This document shows, piece after piece, positions 23,871 through 38,215 of a stretch of 64,000 nt of DNA. The stretch is from Okamejei kenojei (taxonomy: Eukaryota): positions 86,924,001-86,988,000 of the forward strand of contig CM069138.1 in assembly GCA_035221665.1 (NCBI GenBank), read 5' to 3'. Numbering within the stretch: the stretch's first letter is position 1; each line of letters opens with the position of its first letter. A model generated the notes under the pieces. It was not told the origin of the DNA. It searched no databases and worked only from the letters and a program-made list of their open reading frames with translations. Position numbers and translations under genes: made by a program.

Positions 23871-24472
23871 CAGGGCTCGAAATTAACGGTTGCCCAGGTG
23901 CCAATGGTGACCTTAAGTCCCGCCGGGCAACCTAAAAGCCGTGCCATTTTTGCTCGGCTTGGCAAGCACCTGGGACACCTATCGTTCAACTCTGAGTATA
24001 TATGCCGCCCTGCACATGCGCACTGCCACGGCAACTGGTCGGCGCCGGGCACTTTCTCCCTCCATTTGCATTGTGGGAGATCTGGCCGCCATTGCTCGCC
24101 GCGACCGCTGAAAACCAACTCGGAATCACTCCCTGGAGCTGGAGTTACTCCCTGGAGTAACTCTTGCTTCTTGGTTTCCAGGTCATCCAAAAATATTCCA
24201 AATGGAATTTAAACTGGAGTGGACCCTCCACCTCCAAACTCTGAAAAATAACAGCCTGTTGCACTTTATCTGTGTGTTTACTGTGTGTGTGTGTGTATAT
24301 AATATATATATAATGTGTATGTTGTCTATGGTATATAGACACACTGAATTTTTATATCCTGTTCTGTATTATGTTTACATATTCTGTTGTGCTACAGCAA
24401 GCAAGATTTTCATTGTCCTATCTGGGACACATGACAATAAAACTCTCTTGGACTTGAGCAAAAAAGGGTTCT

Positions 24473-24522
<50 letters not shown>

Positions 24523-27500
24523 GGGGGGGGGGGGGGAAGAGCTACCTTAAATTTAGTTGCATCGGGTTGGGTAACGACGGTAGGGTGAAGACTATTCCAT
24601 GCTTTGATTGTGTTGGGGAACTCCATGGAGCAGCCAGCATCTCTGGATAGAAGAAATTGGGTGATATTTCGGGTAGAGACCATTCTTTAGATTTCCTGTG
24701 TTTTTAGTTGAATTTAAAGGTACAGCGTGGAAACAGGCCCTTCAGCCCACCAAGTCCACGCCGACCACCGATCACCCGTACACTAGTTCTATCCCACACA
24801 TTAGAGACGTGTCAAGAGTGTTTTATTCTCTCACATCCTGAAATCCTTACTTGCAGCAGCACAACAAAATATGTAAACATAGTACTCTGTAAACAATATT
24901 ATAAATGAGAAAACAAAACGGTGTATATTNNNNNNNNNNNNNNNNNNNNNNNNNNNNNNNNNNNNNNNNNNNNNNNNNNNNNNNNNNNNNNNNNNNNNNN
25001 NNNNNNNNNNNNNNNNNNNNNNNNNNNNNNNNNNNNNNNNNNNNNNNNNNNNNNNNNNNNNNNNNNNNNNNNNNNNNNNNNNNNNNNNNNNNNNNNNNNN
25101 NNNNNNNNNNNNNNNNNNNNNNNNNNNNNNNNNNNNNNNNNNNNNNNNNNNNNNNNNNNNNNNNNNNNNNNNNNNNNNNNNNNNNNNNNNNNNNNNNNNN
25201 NNNNNNNNNNNNNNNNNNNNNNNNNNNNNNNNNNNNNNNNNNNNNNNNNNNNNNNNNNNNNNNNNNNNNNNNNNNNNNNNNNNNNNNNNNNNNNNNNNNN
25301 NNNNNNNNNNNNNNNNNNNNNNNNNNNNNNNNNNNNNNNNNNNNNNNNNNNNNNNNNNNNNNNNNNNNNNNNNNNNNNNNNNNNNNNNNNNNNNNNNNNN
25401 NNNNNNNNNNNNNNNNNNNNNNNNNNNNNNNNNNNNNNNNNNNNNNNNNNNNNNNNNNNNNNACCTTTGGAGTGCGGGAGATAACCCTAACACTAACTCT
25501 AGATTGATAGGCTTGGTATTTATAAATTATTCCTCGCTTGTGTGGGATAGTGTGCGGGGGATCGAAGGTCACTATCTCTGAACTAAATGTGACACGGGGG
25601 CCCCAGGGGTTGGACTTGAACCCTCAATATTCTGCATGGGAACTAAACTGTTGGTCACGAGTTGTTCCAGACTCTCTTCCAATGGTCTCTCCAAACCCCC
25701 AGAGGCAGCAGGCTTTTCAACTGGGTACAGGCAATGTTGTCAATGTACCGGTGCCACCCATCTGCTCCGTCCACTGAGTCTAAATACCCACCACCCATTT
25801 TGAAGCAAGGTGGGGGCGTGTTGTTCCCAAAGTCTGCATTTTCCCATAGTCAATGTTACTAAAACAGATGATGTGGAGATTTTGTGCAGTACTATTAGTG
25901 GGATCTAGCTTTCACAGGCTGGGTCTACAAATGGGGGGCGTCAGGGAAAGTGGGAGGGGGTTGGAAGATGGGAGGGGGAGAAGAGTGGCGGGGAAAGGAA
26001 GAAGGGGGAGAGGGGTGGAAGGAAGAGAAGAGTTCAGTCTACACTCACTGAATCCATCCCTGTGAAAAGTTAGAGACGGTGATTTGGAATTAGAAGCAGA
26101 CCAAAATAAAATAAAACTGAACAATTCAGAAATCTTTTCATTTGCACAATTGAATTTATTGTATTAATTTTAATATATTCATGTTTAAAACCCGTGCATT
26201 GAAGGAAGAATATTTTACAGCCCATCTGTGGATCCTAACCCTAACTGGGCATCACCCACAGGACAGCATACGTCAGCGTGTGACAGGGCACACGACATGA
26301 TGAGACGCCCAAATGTCGCCCCTAGATTTTGAACATTCCAAAATCCTGGGGCGACAGGGAGACACCGTGTGTCGCCCGTGGGTCACTACTTGCGTGACGA
26401 CCCGACCACGACGCGACAACTTCTTTTCAGGCTATCGCCGAAAATGTCTCCCAAGTGGGACAGGCCCTTAAATCCCTCACCCCACAGGAGGGGGAGAGAA
26501 ACTGCAAAGCCACCTGCCTGCGTTTGTCCCATGTCCCTCCAAACCTGAACTATCCATGTACCTGTCCCTGTCTTTCTATCTGCCTCTCTCTCTGTCTACC
26601 TCTTTCCCTGCCTCTGCTCTTTCTGTCTCTCTGGGTCTCTGTGACTCTGTCTCTCGCTTACCAGTTCTCCCCCACATTTTCCATCAGAAGCCCACACTGA
26701 AATTTGGGCATTGAAGCTCCACCTAATGCTCCAGTGTAGTGCCAAGTAACAGCCATGTTGCTGAAAGGGTTGTTGTGAAGTCCTTGACTTCGTCCTTACC
26801 ATACCGGCAAGTTCAGCTGAGGCTGAGCGAAGCTTCAGCCGGCTGAAGCAGCTGAAGATCACCATCAGAAGTTCCCTCCAGGACGACCAGGTGACGGATC
26901 TGCTCTTCATTGGCCTGCGCTGCACGCCAATAACATCAAGGACCTTGATCCCTGACCAGCCATCAGATTGTGGCATGCAGGAGGGATTAGTGCAAGGAGG
27001 CCTGACACGGGAGAAGACCCAGCTGCAGCATCTGCCTCGGGACCTCACCCTGACAGTGACAAGTCTGATGAGGAGGATGCTCTGCTCGAGAGCGACTCGG
27101 ATGACAATTAAAGTGACTTTTACATGTATTTGAACAGCTCTGTCTTTACTTTGCTTTTCAGGAGATGGTTTAAATATCAAGCAGAAAGGTTACACAAGTT
27201 CTCACAAATATAATGTTTCTGTTCATTTAAAGTTGATATCTCTCCTTTCTCCCCCCCCCCCCCCAAAAACAAAAGAACACCAGCCATTTTTATTGCCCTT
27301 CTGGGCAATCTCACGTGCCCCGTTCCATGATTGATGCAATATAGTCTTCTTGGTGGGCACAGAGTAAAAGAGGTACTATGTACATTCAAAAGTATGGTAT
27401 AGGTCTGGTCAGGTGATAATAATAACAATACAGTAACAGTTATTTTACAAGAAAAATAAAATCACTTCCATTCTCTTTTTCTTTTACATTACAAACTCCT

Positions 27501-28299
27501 ACAGCAGAAGGGATATATTATGTATCTATTTTTCCCCTCTTGTTGTTACTGTGCCTACCTTCAAAGGTGTCAAACAGATCGATTCAATTCTTTATCATCG
27601 TATTTTACTGTGACGGCACAACAGAGATTGATGATTGACGATTCAAGAGGAAAAGACTCATGCCATGGCCATGTCATGATAATTTTCGGTTCTTCACAGA
27701 AAACATGCTTGCATCAATCTGTAGTGTGCATGGTTAAACATATATGTTACCATGGTCCAGGATGTATTGACACAGGTTGATCATACGCTGAATAATCCAA
27801 CCATATTTTTGTTTGGAAGTGGAAATTAATAATAGAAATTGCATTCATTGCAACGTGTAAAAAGAGTTGAGAAATTGCATTATAAGTGTTAAAGGAACTG
27901 CAGATACTGGAAAAACGAGGGTTCACAAAAGGCTGGAGAAACTCAGCGGGTGCAGCAGCATCTAAGGAGCGAAGGAGATGGGCGACGTTTCGGGTCGAGA
28001 CTATTATAATTTTGCTGCATGTCATTGTGGTATATATCATGTCTTGATTGGTGAAAATGTTTAGTTTGTGACTTTATTTCAAGCGACAATAATATGTGAA
28101 TGCTTCATTTAGCATAATTCCGACTGGTAACTACTCACTTCGTCTGAGCACATTATCGCACGCGTCATGCAAACCGTCTTAAATGACCACCTAAACTGTC
28201 ATTTGGCAACCTAAAAAGCTGCCTAGGTTGCCCAGCAGCAATTTGAATTGTTTTTAACAAGTTAAATTGTTAAATTAAAAAAGTTAAGTGAGAGCCCTG
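23871..28299 (+). mobile_element. hAT-like DNA transposon nested in Tc1 (contains the assembly gap and further insertions)
   Basis: Short TIR CAGGGCTC...GAGCCCTG; subterminal GGTTGCCC/GGCAACC motifs at both ends; hAT dimerisation-domain remnant IPASSAEAERSFSRLKQLKITIRSSL at ~26790-26920; Tc1 sequence resumes after 28299; no clean 8-bp TSD. Confidence 0.7.
24930..25462. other. Assembly gap (533 N)
   Basis: Run of N. Confidence 1.
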
Positions 28300-31267
28300 A
28301 CAGGCCATAACACCCCCACCACCATGTTTCACAGATGAGGTGGTATGCTTTGGTTCTTGGGCAGTTCCTTCTCGCCTCCATACTTGCTCTTGACATCACC
28401 CTGATATAAGTTAATCTTCGTCTCATCTGTCCACAAGACCTTTTTCCAGACCTGCGGTTGCTCTTTTAAGTACTTCTTGGCAAACTGTAACCTGGCCATC
28501 CTATTTTTGCAGCTAACCAGTGGTTTGCAACTGCAATGTAGGCTCTGTATTTCTGTTCATGAAGTCTTCTGTGGACAGTAGTCATTGACAAATCCACATC
28601 TGACTCCCGAAGAGTGTTTCTGATCTGCCAGACAGGTGTTTGGGGATTTTTCTTTATTATGGAGAGAATTCTTCTGTCATCAACTGTGGAGGTCTTCCTT
28701 GGCCTGCCAGTCCCTTTGCGATTAGTAAGCTCACCAGTGCTCTCTTTCTTCTTAATGTTCCAAACAGTTGATTTTAGTAAGCCTAAGGTTTGGCTGATGT
28801 CTCTAACAGTTTTATTCTTGTTTCTCAGTCTCATCATGGCTTCTTTGACTTTCATTGGCACAACTTTGGTCCCCGTGTTGATAAACAGCAATAAAGGTTT
28901 CCAAATGTGATGGAAAGACTAGGTGCTGAGAGCTCTCTTATACCTGCATTAATGAGGCAATTAAACACACCTGAGCAATTATAAACACCTATGAAGCCGT
29001 GTGTCCCAAACATTACGGTGTCCTGAAATGGGGGGACTATGTATAAACATAGCTGTAATCTCTACATGGTGAAACCAAAATGTATAAAAATGGCCTTTAA
29101 TAAAATCTGACAATGTGCACTTTAACCACATGTAATTTTTTTTTTCTATTACAAATCTCAAATTGTGGAGTACAGAGGCAAATAAATAAATGATGGGTCT
29201 TTGGCCCAAACATTATGGAGGGCACTGTATTTTATGTTGCAACAAAATCTTAAATTTATCAATTTAGTGTTCTGATTTTTTAATTTTTTGATTTAAGACA
29301 CAAATAAATTACATCCATAACATTTTAACTGTAGCATTACTGATGCAGTTACGAACCATTATTGCTTAAAACTTTTTTGTAAGCGTTCATATTTGATATA
29401 TAAGCGCATCCTGCAAAGTAGCTACTACTTCAACTCTTTTAACACTACACATCTGGATTAACAGGCATTATACAATTGAATCGTTGTCTATTCCTGTTTT
29501 GAAATGATCGGTGGACATTGTAATGGGAAAAGATAATTGGAACTCTTAGATTAATGGTGGATTTGGAAGTAAACCTGCGCTTGCTTGTCAAGTTTTCACT
29601 GACTGCAATATGTTTATTGTTACCTAAGAGGAAATTTGTTTTGTGTGCTTTTTGGATCTAAGCTTTATGTAACAAGTCTGTTAAGCTGACTTGTGACATT
29701 TTGAAAGTTTGTTTTAAAATGGTTTTGCTGTACTCCAATGCACTTAGTATTAAGCATAATACTTGGATATTAATTTGACAATTTACGTAGACCAAGTGCA
29801 TAGGCCCACTGGCAAATTATCTCTGCTTCATAAATCTTTTGTGTTAAATCTGCTAACACAATACCTGCTGGCCTTCTGGACAAATTGTTTCTGGTTTGCA
29901 CGCTTTGGTGTGCAGTTTATTTGCACAAAAGATCGATTTTGTTACCGGTTCCATTGCAGAACTATCTCTGCAATTGTTCCCATTGCAATTCCAACCACTG
30001 CTCCTTCCCCTAACATGTGTTGGTGCCACTATGTAGAAATTGTGTATTTCTGGCAAATTGGTTTGCAGTTTAAGAAAAAAAGCAAGTGGGAAGATGACTG
30101 AAGAAATTAACTGTGAATGGGCAGCTAGAGGAACGTATTCACGGTCCCAAAACCAAAGCAGGAAGGAAATGGAACACAGTAGTTAAAGAAGCAAACCTTT
30201 TATGAACAGGGATTATATAGAGCTTTAGAGATTTGAAATTTAAGTAACTGTGCACTCAAATTTCAAGTGTAGATTTTCACAGACTCTGCGGGGGGGGGGG
30301 GGGAGAGGGAGAGGGGCGGTTCTTACAAGTACTATATGTTGTGTGTGATTTGAAGTTTATGTATTCCCAGAACTAATCAGTAGGAGAAAAAAAATGAAGG
30401 AGAGCTGCTATGTGTATACATTCTGTCACAATTTGCTCCACCTTTCATTCTCTTTTTGCTTTATGGTGAAGGAGAGAGGGAAATGTCAGAGCACTATAAC
30501 TATGGATCACAAGCCGCATATAGCAGGCAGCAGTGAGGTTTCTACTTGCAGGAATATAGCCGTGAGGTGATTTAAGTTCACATGGGGTCACAACCATTGA
30601 TCCAAGAAAGTGAGTTTGAATCCCAGCACTGGAGCTAAAGCATTTAAGTGTGTAATAAAGCAAGACAATAGAAACACAATTGATAACAGTGCTAACAATG
30701 AAACTATTGGATTGTTTGTCTTTAAAAATGCCACCTGGTTCATTCATATCCATGGGGAAGGAAATCGGTCATCCTTGTCTTTCTGACCAATGTGTACTCT
30801 AAACCCACCAATGGCTATTGTACGAAGAAAGATAATCCAATGTCCCTTAACTTTTAAATTGCCATGATGCTTGTAACCTGTATTTTGTGGTCTTTCTAGT
30901 CAGCCAATGTATTTCAATCCTTTGTTTAAGAAAGAACTGAAAAATCGAAGGTAGACAAAAATGTTGGCGAAACTCAACGGGTGAGGCAGCATCTAGGGAG
31001 ACAAGGAATAGGTGATGTTTCAGGTCGAGACCCTTCTTCAGACTTGATCTTGAATCCTTGATTAGATTTGACCAAGAGCAAGTAGGCTTGCCACATTTCA
31101 AATCTTTTGAGGTTAATACATTTGTCCCTTAAGCATGGTGCATGTTACATAGATACATAGAAAATAGGTGCAGGTGGAGGCCATTCGGCCCTTTGACCCA
31201 GCTCCGCCATTCATTGTGATCATGGCTGATCGACCCCAATCAATAACCGGTGCCTGCCTTCTGGTAA

Positions 31268-33065
31268 ACTGCAGATGCTGGTTTACCATTGTAAAAAAAA
31301 CACAAAGTGTTGGAGTAATTCATGGGGTCAGGCAGCATCTGTGGAAAAAAAATGGATGGGTGATGTTCGGGTCTGATCTCTTCAGATGATTATGGTGTGG
31401 GTGGATGGGGAGAGAAAGCAGGAAGTGAGGATGGGCAGACAAAGTCTACTGTGTGATAGGTGGATACAGATGAGGGGTTGTTTTTATTGGACAAAGACCA
31501 GAGATGAAAGGACAAAAAGTGCAAGATAAGGATGGAAGAGGTGAAAATGGTGATGCCAGAGGAAGGTATATAAGGAGGAGGGAGAGAAATGTGGGGGGCA
31601 CAGGGAAGGGGTGGGGGGGGGGGGGGGGGGGTGGAAGAGAGGACACAAAAACAAAAAGCGGGATAGTTCATAGGTTAGTTACCTAAAACTGAAGAATTCA
31701 ATGTTCATATTGTTGGGTTTTAAGCTACCCATGGCATATGAGGTGCTGTTCTTCCAGTTTGCACATGGTCTATCTCTGGCAATGAAAGGCCCAGGACAAT
31801 GGTTCAATGGTACTTTATTTGTCACATACTGAAGTACATGTTTGTATACAGTTCAGTACGTATCACTATACATAAGCACTTAGGTACATCTTAGATCGGG
31901 ATCTTAGGTACAGTACAAGTGTACAGCAGTAGTACACTGAGACGGTATACCGAGTCGCAAGATTTTACACCATCTTTGTGTCATAGTTGTTGTAAGTGCA
32001 GGGTTCTTGATCTGACCATGAAGGTCTGTTGTCCGGGTGGCTTTGCAGGGTCAGCCTGGCCAAGCATCTGCCACGGCTCAACCACTATAGGCTGTGTTAT
32101 GTCCATGTGCTCTTCTTCGTTCATAATGGGAAAGGGAATTAAAATGGTTAGCAACTGGGTGATCCAACAGGGCGAGGTGGGCCGAGCACATGATTTTGAC
32201 GAGACAGTCGCCAAGTCTTTGCTTGCTCTCTGGTGTAAAGGAGGCCTTATCACGAACACTGAATGCAGTAGATGAGGTTAGAAGAGATGCACACAAACCT
32301 CTTCTCATCTGGAAGGGCTGCTGTGGTCCTTGGATGGACGTGAGGAAGGACATTTAGGGACAAGTGTTGCATTCCTGCGGCAGCAGGGGAATGTACTTGG
32401 GGAACGGGTGGTTTGTGCTTGTGGAATGAGTGAACCAAGGAGTCCTGGAGGGAGTGGTCTTCACGGAAGACAGAAAGGGGTGGGAAGATGTGACGGGTGG
32501 TGGAATCCTGTTGAAGGTGGCAGATATGTTTGGAGAATTGTGTGATCCATCTATAACAGCAGGTGGAAAACCACATTTACTAAAGAAAGAAGACATCTCG
32601 GATGTCTTCTAGAATGGGAAAACCTTTTGAGAGCAGATTCAGCTGATATGAAATCGAGATTAGGGGGGTTGCATCTTCGCAAGAGGCAGGATGGGAGAGA
32701 TGGCTGGTGGGTTTGTAGTAGACGTCAATAGATGGAGACAGAGATCAAGAAAGGGAAGAGGTCGGAGATAGTCCAAGTGAATTTGAAAGCAGGTTGGAAG
32801 TTAGTGGTAAAGTTAATGAAATCAACGAGTTCTGCATAGATGCAGTAGGCAGCCCTGATGTTGATGGAGCTGAGGAAGCGTTAGGGGATGGTGCCAGCGC
32901 AACTAACAAAACGGTCAGGTACGGCTGGGGACTGTGTGAGTGCCCATAGCTAAACCTTTAACTTGATGAAAGTGAGTGAAGTCAAATGAGAAGTTGTTGA
33001 GGGTGAAGGCAAGTTCAGCCATGTGATGGAGAGTGTTAGTAGAGGGAAAGTGGGTCTCTGTTCAA
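31268..33065 (-). mobile_element. Penelope-like element fragment (RT C-terminus + GIY-YIG endonuclease + terminal repeat)
   Basis: Minus-strand RFVCISSNLIYCIQCS, ESKQRLGDCL, HPVANHFNS; terminal repeat with GCTGGAGTAA/GCAGCATCT motif. Confidence 0.8.
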
Positions 33066-33269
33066 AGAAGACCTTGAGACCTTCCAGTTGGGGGGGGGGG
33101 GGGTGCGGGGGGGTGGAGGTGTAATGGGACTGAATGTCTATTATGAAGATTGGTTGCTTGGAAGTTGAAAGTTATTGGAGTTGAAAGCTGTGTACGGTCT
33201 CGTGGATATAGGTTGAAAGGGACTGGACCTACTCTCACTTTTTCTGTCTCTGCCGCGTGCGCCCCTATT

Positions 33270-34285
33270 TTGGGACATACTGGGTCATACAAGATGTCCT
33301 CTTTCTTTCGTCATCATGGCTTCCCCCATGCTGTCATAGATGGTGCTCTCACCCACATCTCCTCTGTGTCCTGCTTCTGCTCTCACTCACCCTCTCCCCT
33401 CCACCTTAGACAGAACAGGGACAGAGCTCTGAACTCGGTCTTTCACCCCATCTTCAATGTGATCCCACCACTAGTGACATCTTTCCTTCCACACCCCTTT
33501 CTGCCTTCTGCAGAGATGGCTCCCTCTTTGGCTCCTTGATTCAATCATTCCTTCCCACCTGAACTAACCCTCCCCTGGAACCTTCCTTTGCGACCGCAGC
33601 AGATGTAATACCTGTCATTGAACCTCCTTCCAGGAACCACAGCAGTCCTTCCTGGTGAGACAGAGGTTCACATGCACCTCCTCTAACCTCGTGTACTGCT
33701 TGTGGTGTTTCCGATGTGGCCTCTTTTTTACTTTTACAAGACCAAGCACAAATTAGGCAACCATGTCGCTGAATATTTTCACTCGGTCCACCAAGGCCAG
33801 TTGGATTTTTCAGTTGCTAACTACTTTAACTCCCATTCCCATTCCCATACTGTCCTTTCTGTCCTGGGCCGCCTCCACTGCCAGAGTGAGAACACCAATT
33901 TTCATAATTCTCCAATTTTGGGTAACTAATCTACAACCTTATGACCCTTTATTTATTCATTCTTATTTTGTCCTCCTATCCACTCCACCTTGGACCTGCA
34001 CCAATTTCACCCCTTCCACCTATATTCCTGCCTCTGTCTTCACAATTTGCACCTCTATAATCCTTATCTCTGGCCTTAGCTGAATCATCTGCCTATCAAA
34101 GCATCCAATCAACTGTATCCTATCACTTGCTAAGCTTTGTCCTGCCCCTTATCTCTTCTAGCCTTTTCTCTTCTCTCCTTCCACCCCCTCCCCTGCAGTC
34201 TGAATAAGGGTCCCGACCTAACTGTCACCTGTCAATTTTCTCCGGAAATGCTGCCTGACCTGCTGAGTTACTCCAGCATGTTGTG
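33270..34285 (+). mobile_element. Penelope-like element fragment, inverted relative to the neighbouring copy
   Basis: MSSFFRHHGFPHAVID, RFTCTSSNLVYC, KTKHKLGNHVAEY, VANYFNSHSHSH; ends in GCTGCCTGACCTGCTGAGTTACTCCAGCA. Confidence 0.8.
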
Positions 34286-34512
34286 GTAATTGAAGTTCTG
34301 GAACACTCTGATCATTTTTATTGAGAATACTTGACTTTCTATGGGGAAATTAATTTAGGTTCTGTAGGATTATTGCCAAAATGAATCATTTGTAGGATGA
34401 TCAAACATTTGTATTTCTATAGATAAGGTGATGCAGTTTGCTATATATCAATTGGTCTTAACATTAGTACACATTGCATTACAATATGTAATGAAATCTT
34501 TCCTTTTTGCAG

Positions 34513-34682
34513 CGGCAATGTTATGCTGGGGCCTCAGTCTCAAGAGGCTCAGAAGCATTATGGGATCACCTCTCCAATTAGTCTTGCCTATCCCAAGGAT
34601 GTAGATGATATTTCCACTCAGAGCTGATTGAGGCTTTGAAGCCATTTGGAGTATTTGAAGAGGAAGAGGAATTAAACCATAG
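34513..34682 (+). CDS. PAPOLG: PAPOLG coding exon 2 (apparent 1-bp deletion at ~34622)
   Basis: ttttgcag|...QKHYGITSPISLAYPK...(frameshift)LIEALKPFGVFEEEEELNH|gtggta. Confidence 0.93.
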
Positions 34683-34768
34683 GTGGTAACTTTGAGACAG
34701 TTTTTACGGGCTGATTTTCCATTTTGTTTCCAATTGAACAATAGTAATAGTTTCCTTTAATGTTTCAG

Positions 34769-34835
34769 ATTTGTTGTTTTGGGTAAATTAAACAATTTGG
34801 TTAAAGAATGGATCGCAGAGATCAGCGAAACAAAG
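34769..34835 (+). CDS. PAPOLG: PAPOLG coding exon 3
   Basis: FVVLGKLNNLVKEWIAEISETK; AG/GT flanks; phase matches. Confidence 0.96.
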
Positions 34836-35453
34836 GTAAAATTCTTGTTAAAGTAAAATATTATAAATTGTAAAATGTTATTAGTAGGTTATGTTACAAG
34901 TAGTAGCAGTGCGTTTGTATTTTCAATTGAATCTTCAGTTGTGGTTGATGTTATAACTTAGCTTATGTGATGTTCCTTTATGTTCTTTGCTATTTTGATT
35001 CCAATACCACCCGCAATGCAGTTAAAGCAGCTAGCAAGTTCTCACTCCAAATGAGTAATTTAAACTCTTGTGATTAAGTTTAATTTTGCTAATAAATCTC
35101 ATGTTTCTACATAATTGTGTGTAAGGTGATTTGAATATTTTGATAAATGTAATTTTTAGATCGCTATTGCTCGTCACTTATGGAAAAGGTATATCTATTA
35201 TCACTAAATAGCTTTAGTGATTCAATTTTTATATGATCAATTGAGTGGGATAGTGTGTAGCTGTTGAAAACATCTTGTGTTTGATTCAGAAATGCTCCTG
35301 CAGCCAAGTGTAACTTCAATGACCATATCTTTTAACAGACAATGTGAATACATTTGAACACTCATCCTTAAATGATATTTAGCTATTATACATTTCCAGT
35401 TTTGATGGTATATTAAAATAATTATTTTATTACACAAATGTGGTAAAGTATAG

Positions 35454-35579
<126 letters not shown>

Positions 35580-35667
35580 TAACATTTCTTCTAACGTAAT
35601 ATAAAGTAAGTACCAAATGCTGTTTTGCCTAATCTGAAACTATGGTACTTTCTTGGGTTGTTAATAA

Positions 35668-35823
<156 letters not shown>

Positions 35824-37171
35824 TGATTTGTCTGTGGTTATCAGACTAACATTTTCTGTTAATTTAGGTTATTTCTGTCTCAATATTTGTTTTTCGTGTT
35901 CTAGATTTTGAATAAATTATATTAATTTGATAACCGATTTGTCATCATGATACTTTGGTATGAACCTTAGACCGACGTTTCATTTTTTGCCCCAAGGATA
36001 GAATGGTAATTGCTAATTTTTAAAAAAAAAACTGCAGACTACGGATCTCCAAATTATAAACAGAAAAAAAAGGCTGAACCTCTGAAGAAGGGTCTTCAAG
36101 CTGAACTATTGTTTTTCTCTTTCCATAAACGCTGCCTGATCTGAGTTTTTTTTCCAAGTTTTTTCTGCATTTAATGGGAATTCATTGATTTTTTTTTTCT
36201 TTCTGATAATCCCCAAGAGATCATCTGAGGCTTTAATTGGTTACGTTCCTTAATCATTTTCTTTCTAAAATTGTCAGGCATATTATGTCACATATTGTCC
36301 ATGCTCATGTTCTCATCTTGACTTCCGATATCCTCTGTTATTTTGCAATAATGTTATGGAGAGATAAAAGTGCCATCTGTTTCAATTCTCTGTATCCATG
36401 CAAGTGCTCCTGCATTATGAAATTCCTGTATATTCAAGATAGCACCATTCCAATAATAGCTTCTCTTCCTGCTGTTATTTAGACATTGTATTTCCTTGCC
36501 ACCATTGTCCACGTTAATAGTGATAGCACATGCATGATTCAGGACCATACCATCACTAGAGACCAGTTTATAGCCAATTGTATTGACACATATCAATAAA
36601 TGTCTGCAAACATTAAACTAGGCAGAGGATATGGAATCAGATCACACCCTGGTAGTAATGCTGCAGATACACATCTCTAAATTAGCCAAATTTAAAGCTA
36701 TGCTGTCTATTTGCATATTGACTACTTGATTACATGGCAAATTAACTTGAGTATATATTTCTGCTGCAAAAAAAAAGAATAATCGATCCTAACCATTAAT
36801 CTTTGACATCCAATGATATCGCCTTGCACCCCACTATTAATATCTTGGAGTGCACCAGAAACTGGACCTGACACAAATGGGTAATAGTTACCTGTGCTGC
36901 AAAGAGTGATTTGTCACCAAATTTCCCAAATCTAAATGCTGCGAATGGAATAAAATTAGATTCTATTTGGATTAGTGTAATTCCAATGTCACTCAAAAGT
37001 TCTTTTGACTGGCACCCCATCCATTCCACTTTTCATTCACTCTCTTCATCATTGGCATATTGTCTGTATCATCAACACAGTGTACTGCAGTTGCTCAATA
37101 ACACCACCTTGACAACACCTGTCAAAGCTAGAACTTCTACCGTCCAATAAGGACGAGAAGAGCAGGCACAC

Positions 37172-37412
37172 TGGGTTCAATCCCGACTACGGGTGCTGTC
37201 TGTACAGAGTTTGTACGTTCTCCGCATCACAGCGTGGGTTTTCTCTGAGATCTTTCGTTTCCTCCCACACTCCAAAGACGTACAGGTTTGTAGATTATTT
37301 GGCTTGTTATAAATGTAAAATGTCCCTGGTGTGTGTAGGATAGTGTTATGTGCGGGGATTGCTGGTCGGCATGGACTCGGTGGGCTTCTATGCTGTATCT
37401 CCAAGCTAAACT
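37172..37412 (+). mobile_element. HE1/V-SINE-like tRNA-derived SINE
   Basis: B-box GGTTCAATCCC and V-domain-like GAGTTTGTACGTTCTCC...GTGGGTTTTCTC...TTTCCTCCCACA. Confidence 0.8.
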
Positions 37413-38161
37413 GATGGTCAGGGTGGGGGGTGGGAAATGTGTGCGAACTGGGGTTTTTGTACATAAACAAAGTGATCTATTTTCATTGGTGGGTTAAATC
37501 CTGGTATTCCTTATTCAACAGTACTGTAGTGGCACTATCATGAGAAGCAGCTCATAGAAGCCAGCTCTGCTCATATTGTTCTAATTGCGTACACATAACC
37601 TGCCATTAAACTGATTTTCGTAACTTGCTTATTTTTCAATTATTGGGGATTTTAAATGTATTTTGAAAGTACATTTGTTTTTACTTTGCTCTTGTGCACT
37701 CATTCTTGCTCATCTGCTTTTTTTAAATTTGCTCCCCGAATACTTTGGAATTGAATTAAATACTGTAGCTTTGTTGCTTCATTTAAAATAAGGTATCTTC
37801 ATTGATACCTTCAAACAGTTTATTATTTCTTTCCATATTCAACTTTAGAACAATTGATTTTTAAGTTATGATTAGTTATTATTGAATTTAAATAGATAAT
37901 TTGGCTGCCACATTGAAATTGTCTGGCACATTGGTGTCATATTTTCTTTAATGTAACGGTAAATCTACTTTTTAACTTGGATGAAGTGTTCAATTGTTTT
38001 GACATGACATATCCAAATATAATTGGGGGAAATGTGAAGAATATGCAGTTACTTTGAAATTGCCCTAGATTACAATCTTTGGGTTTTTTTAAGTTTTGTT
38101 TTTGTTAAAGGTTCCTCATTAATGATCTGCATCTCTGACTTCTGCCCTTTTAAATTTGCAG

Positions 38162-38215
38162 GCAGTGGAGGATGCCTTTGTTCCAGTTATCAAATTTGAA
38201 CTGAATAACATTGAG
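38162..38215 (+). CDS. PAPOLG: PAPOLG coding exon 6
   Basis: AVEDAFVPVIKFELNNIE; AG/GT. Confidence 0.97.

Larger units (their letters stand above)
23167..29227 (-). mobile_element. Tc1/mariner transposon, IR/DR type, TA TSD, interrupted by a hAT element
   Basis: ~220-bp TIRs starting CAGTGCCCTCCATAATGTTTGGGACA with inner/outer DRs; TA flanks; transposase N-terminus at 28466-28891 (HTH, GRPRK) and DDE part at 23481-23870 (QQDND, SPNLNPIE). Confidence 0.92.

Noticed and set aside
24473-24536. ~60-nt poly(G) run
   Set aside because: Close to the assembly gap and typical of sequencing or assembly artefacts; its length is unreliable
24831-25572. ORFs spanning X residues
   Set aside because: Artefacts of the N gap
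30069-30243. Purine-rich segment between tttgcag and gtaact in intron 1, as a cryptic exon
   Set aside because: Weak pyrimidine tract and donor, and no homology evidence; cannot be supported from sequence alone
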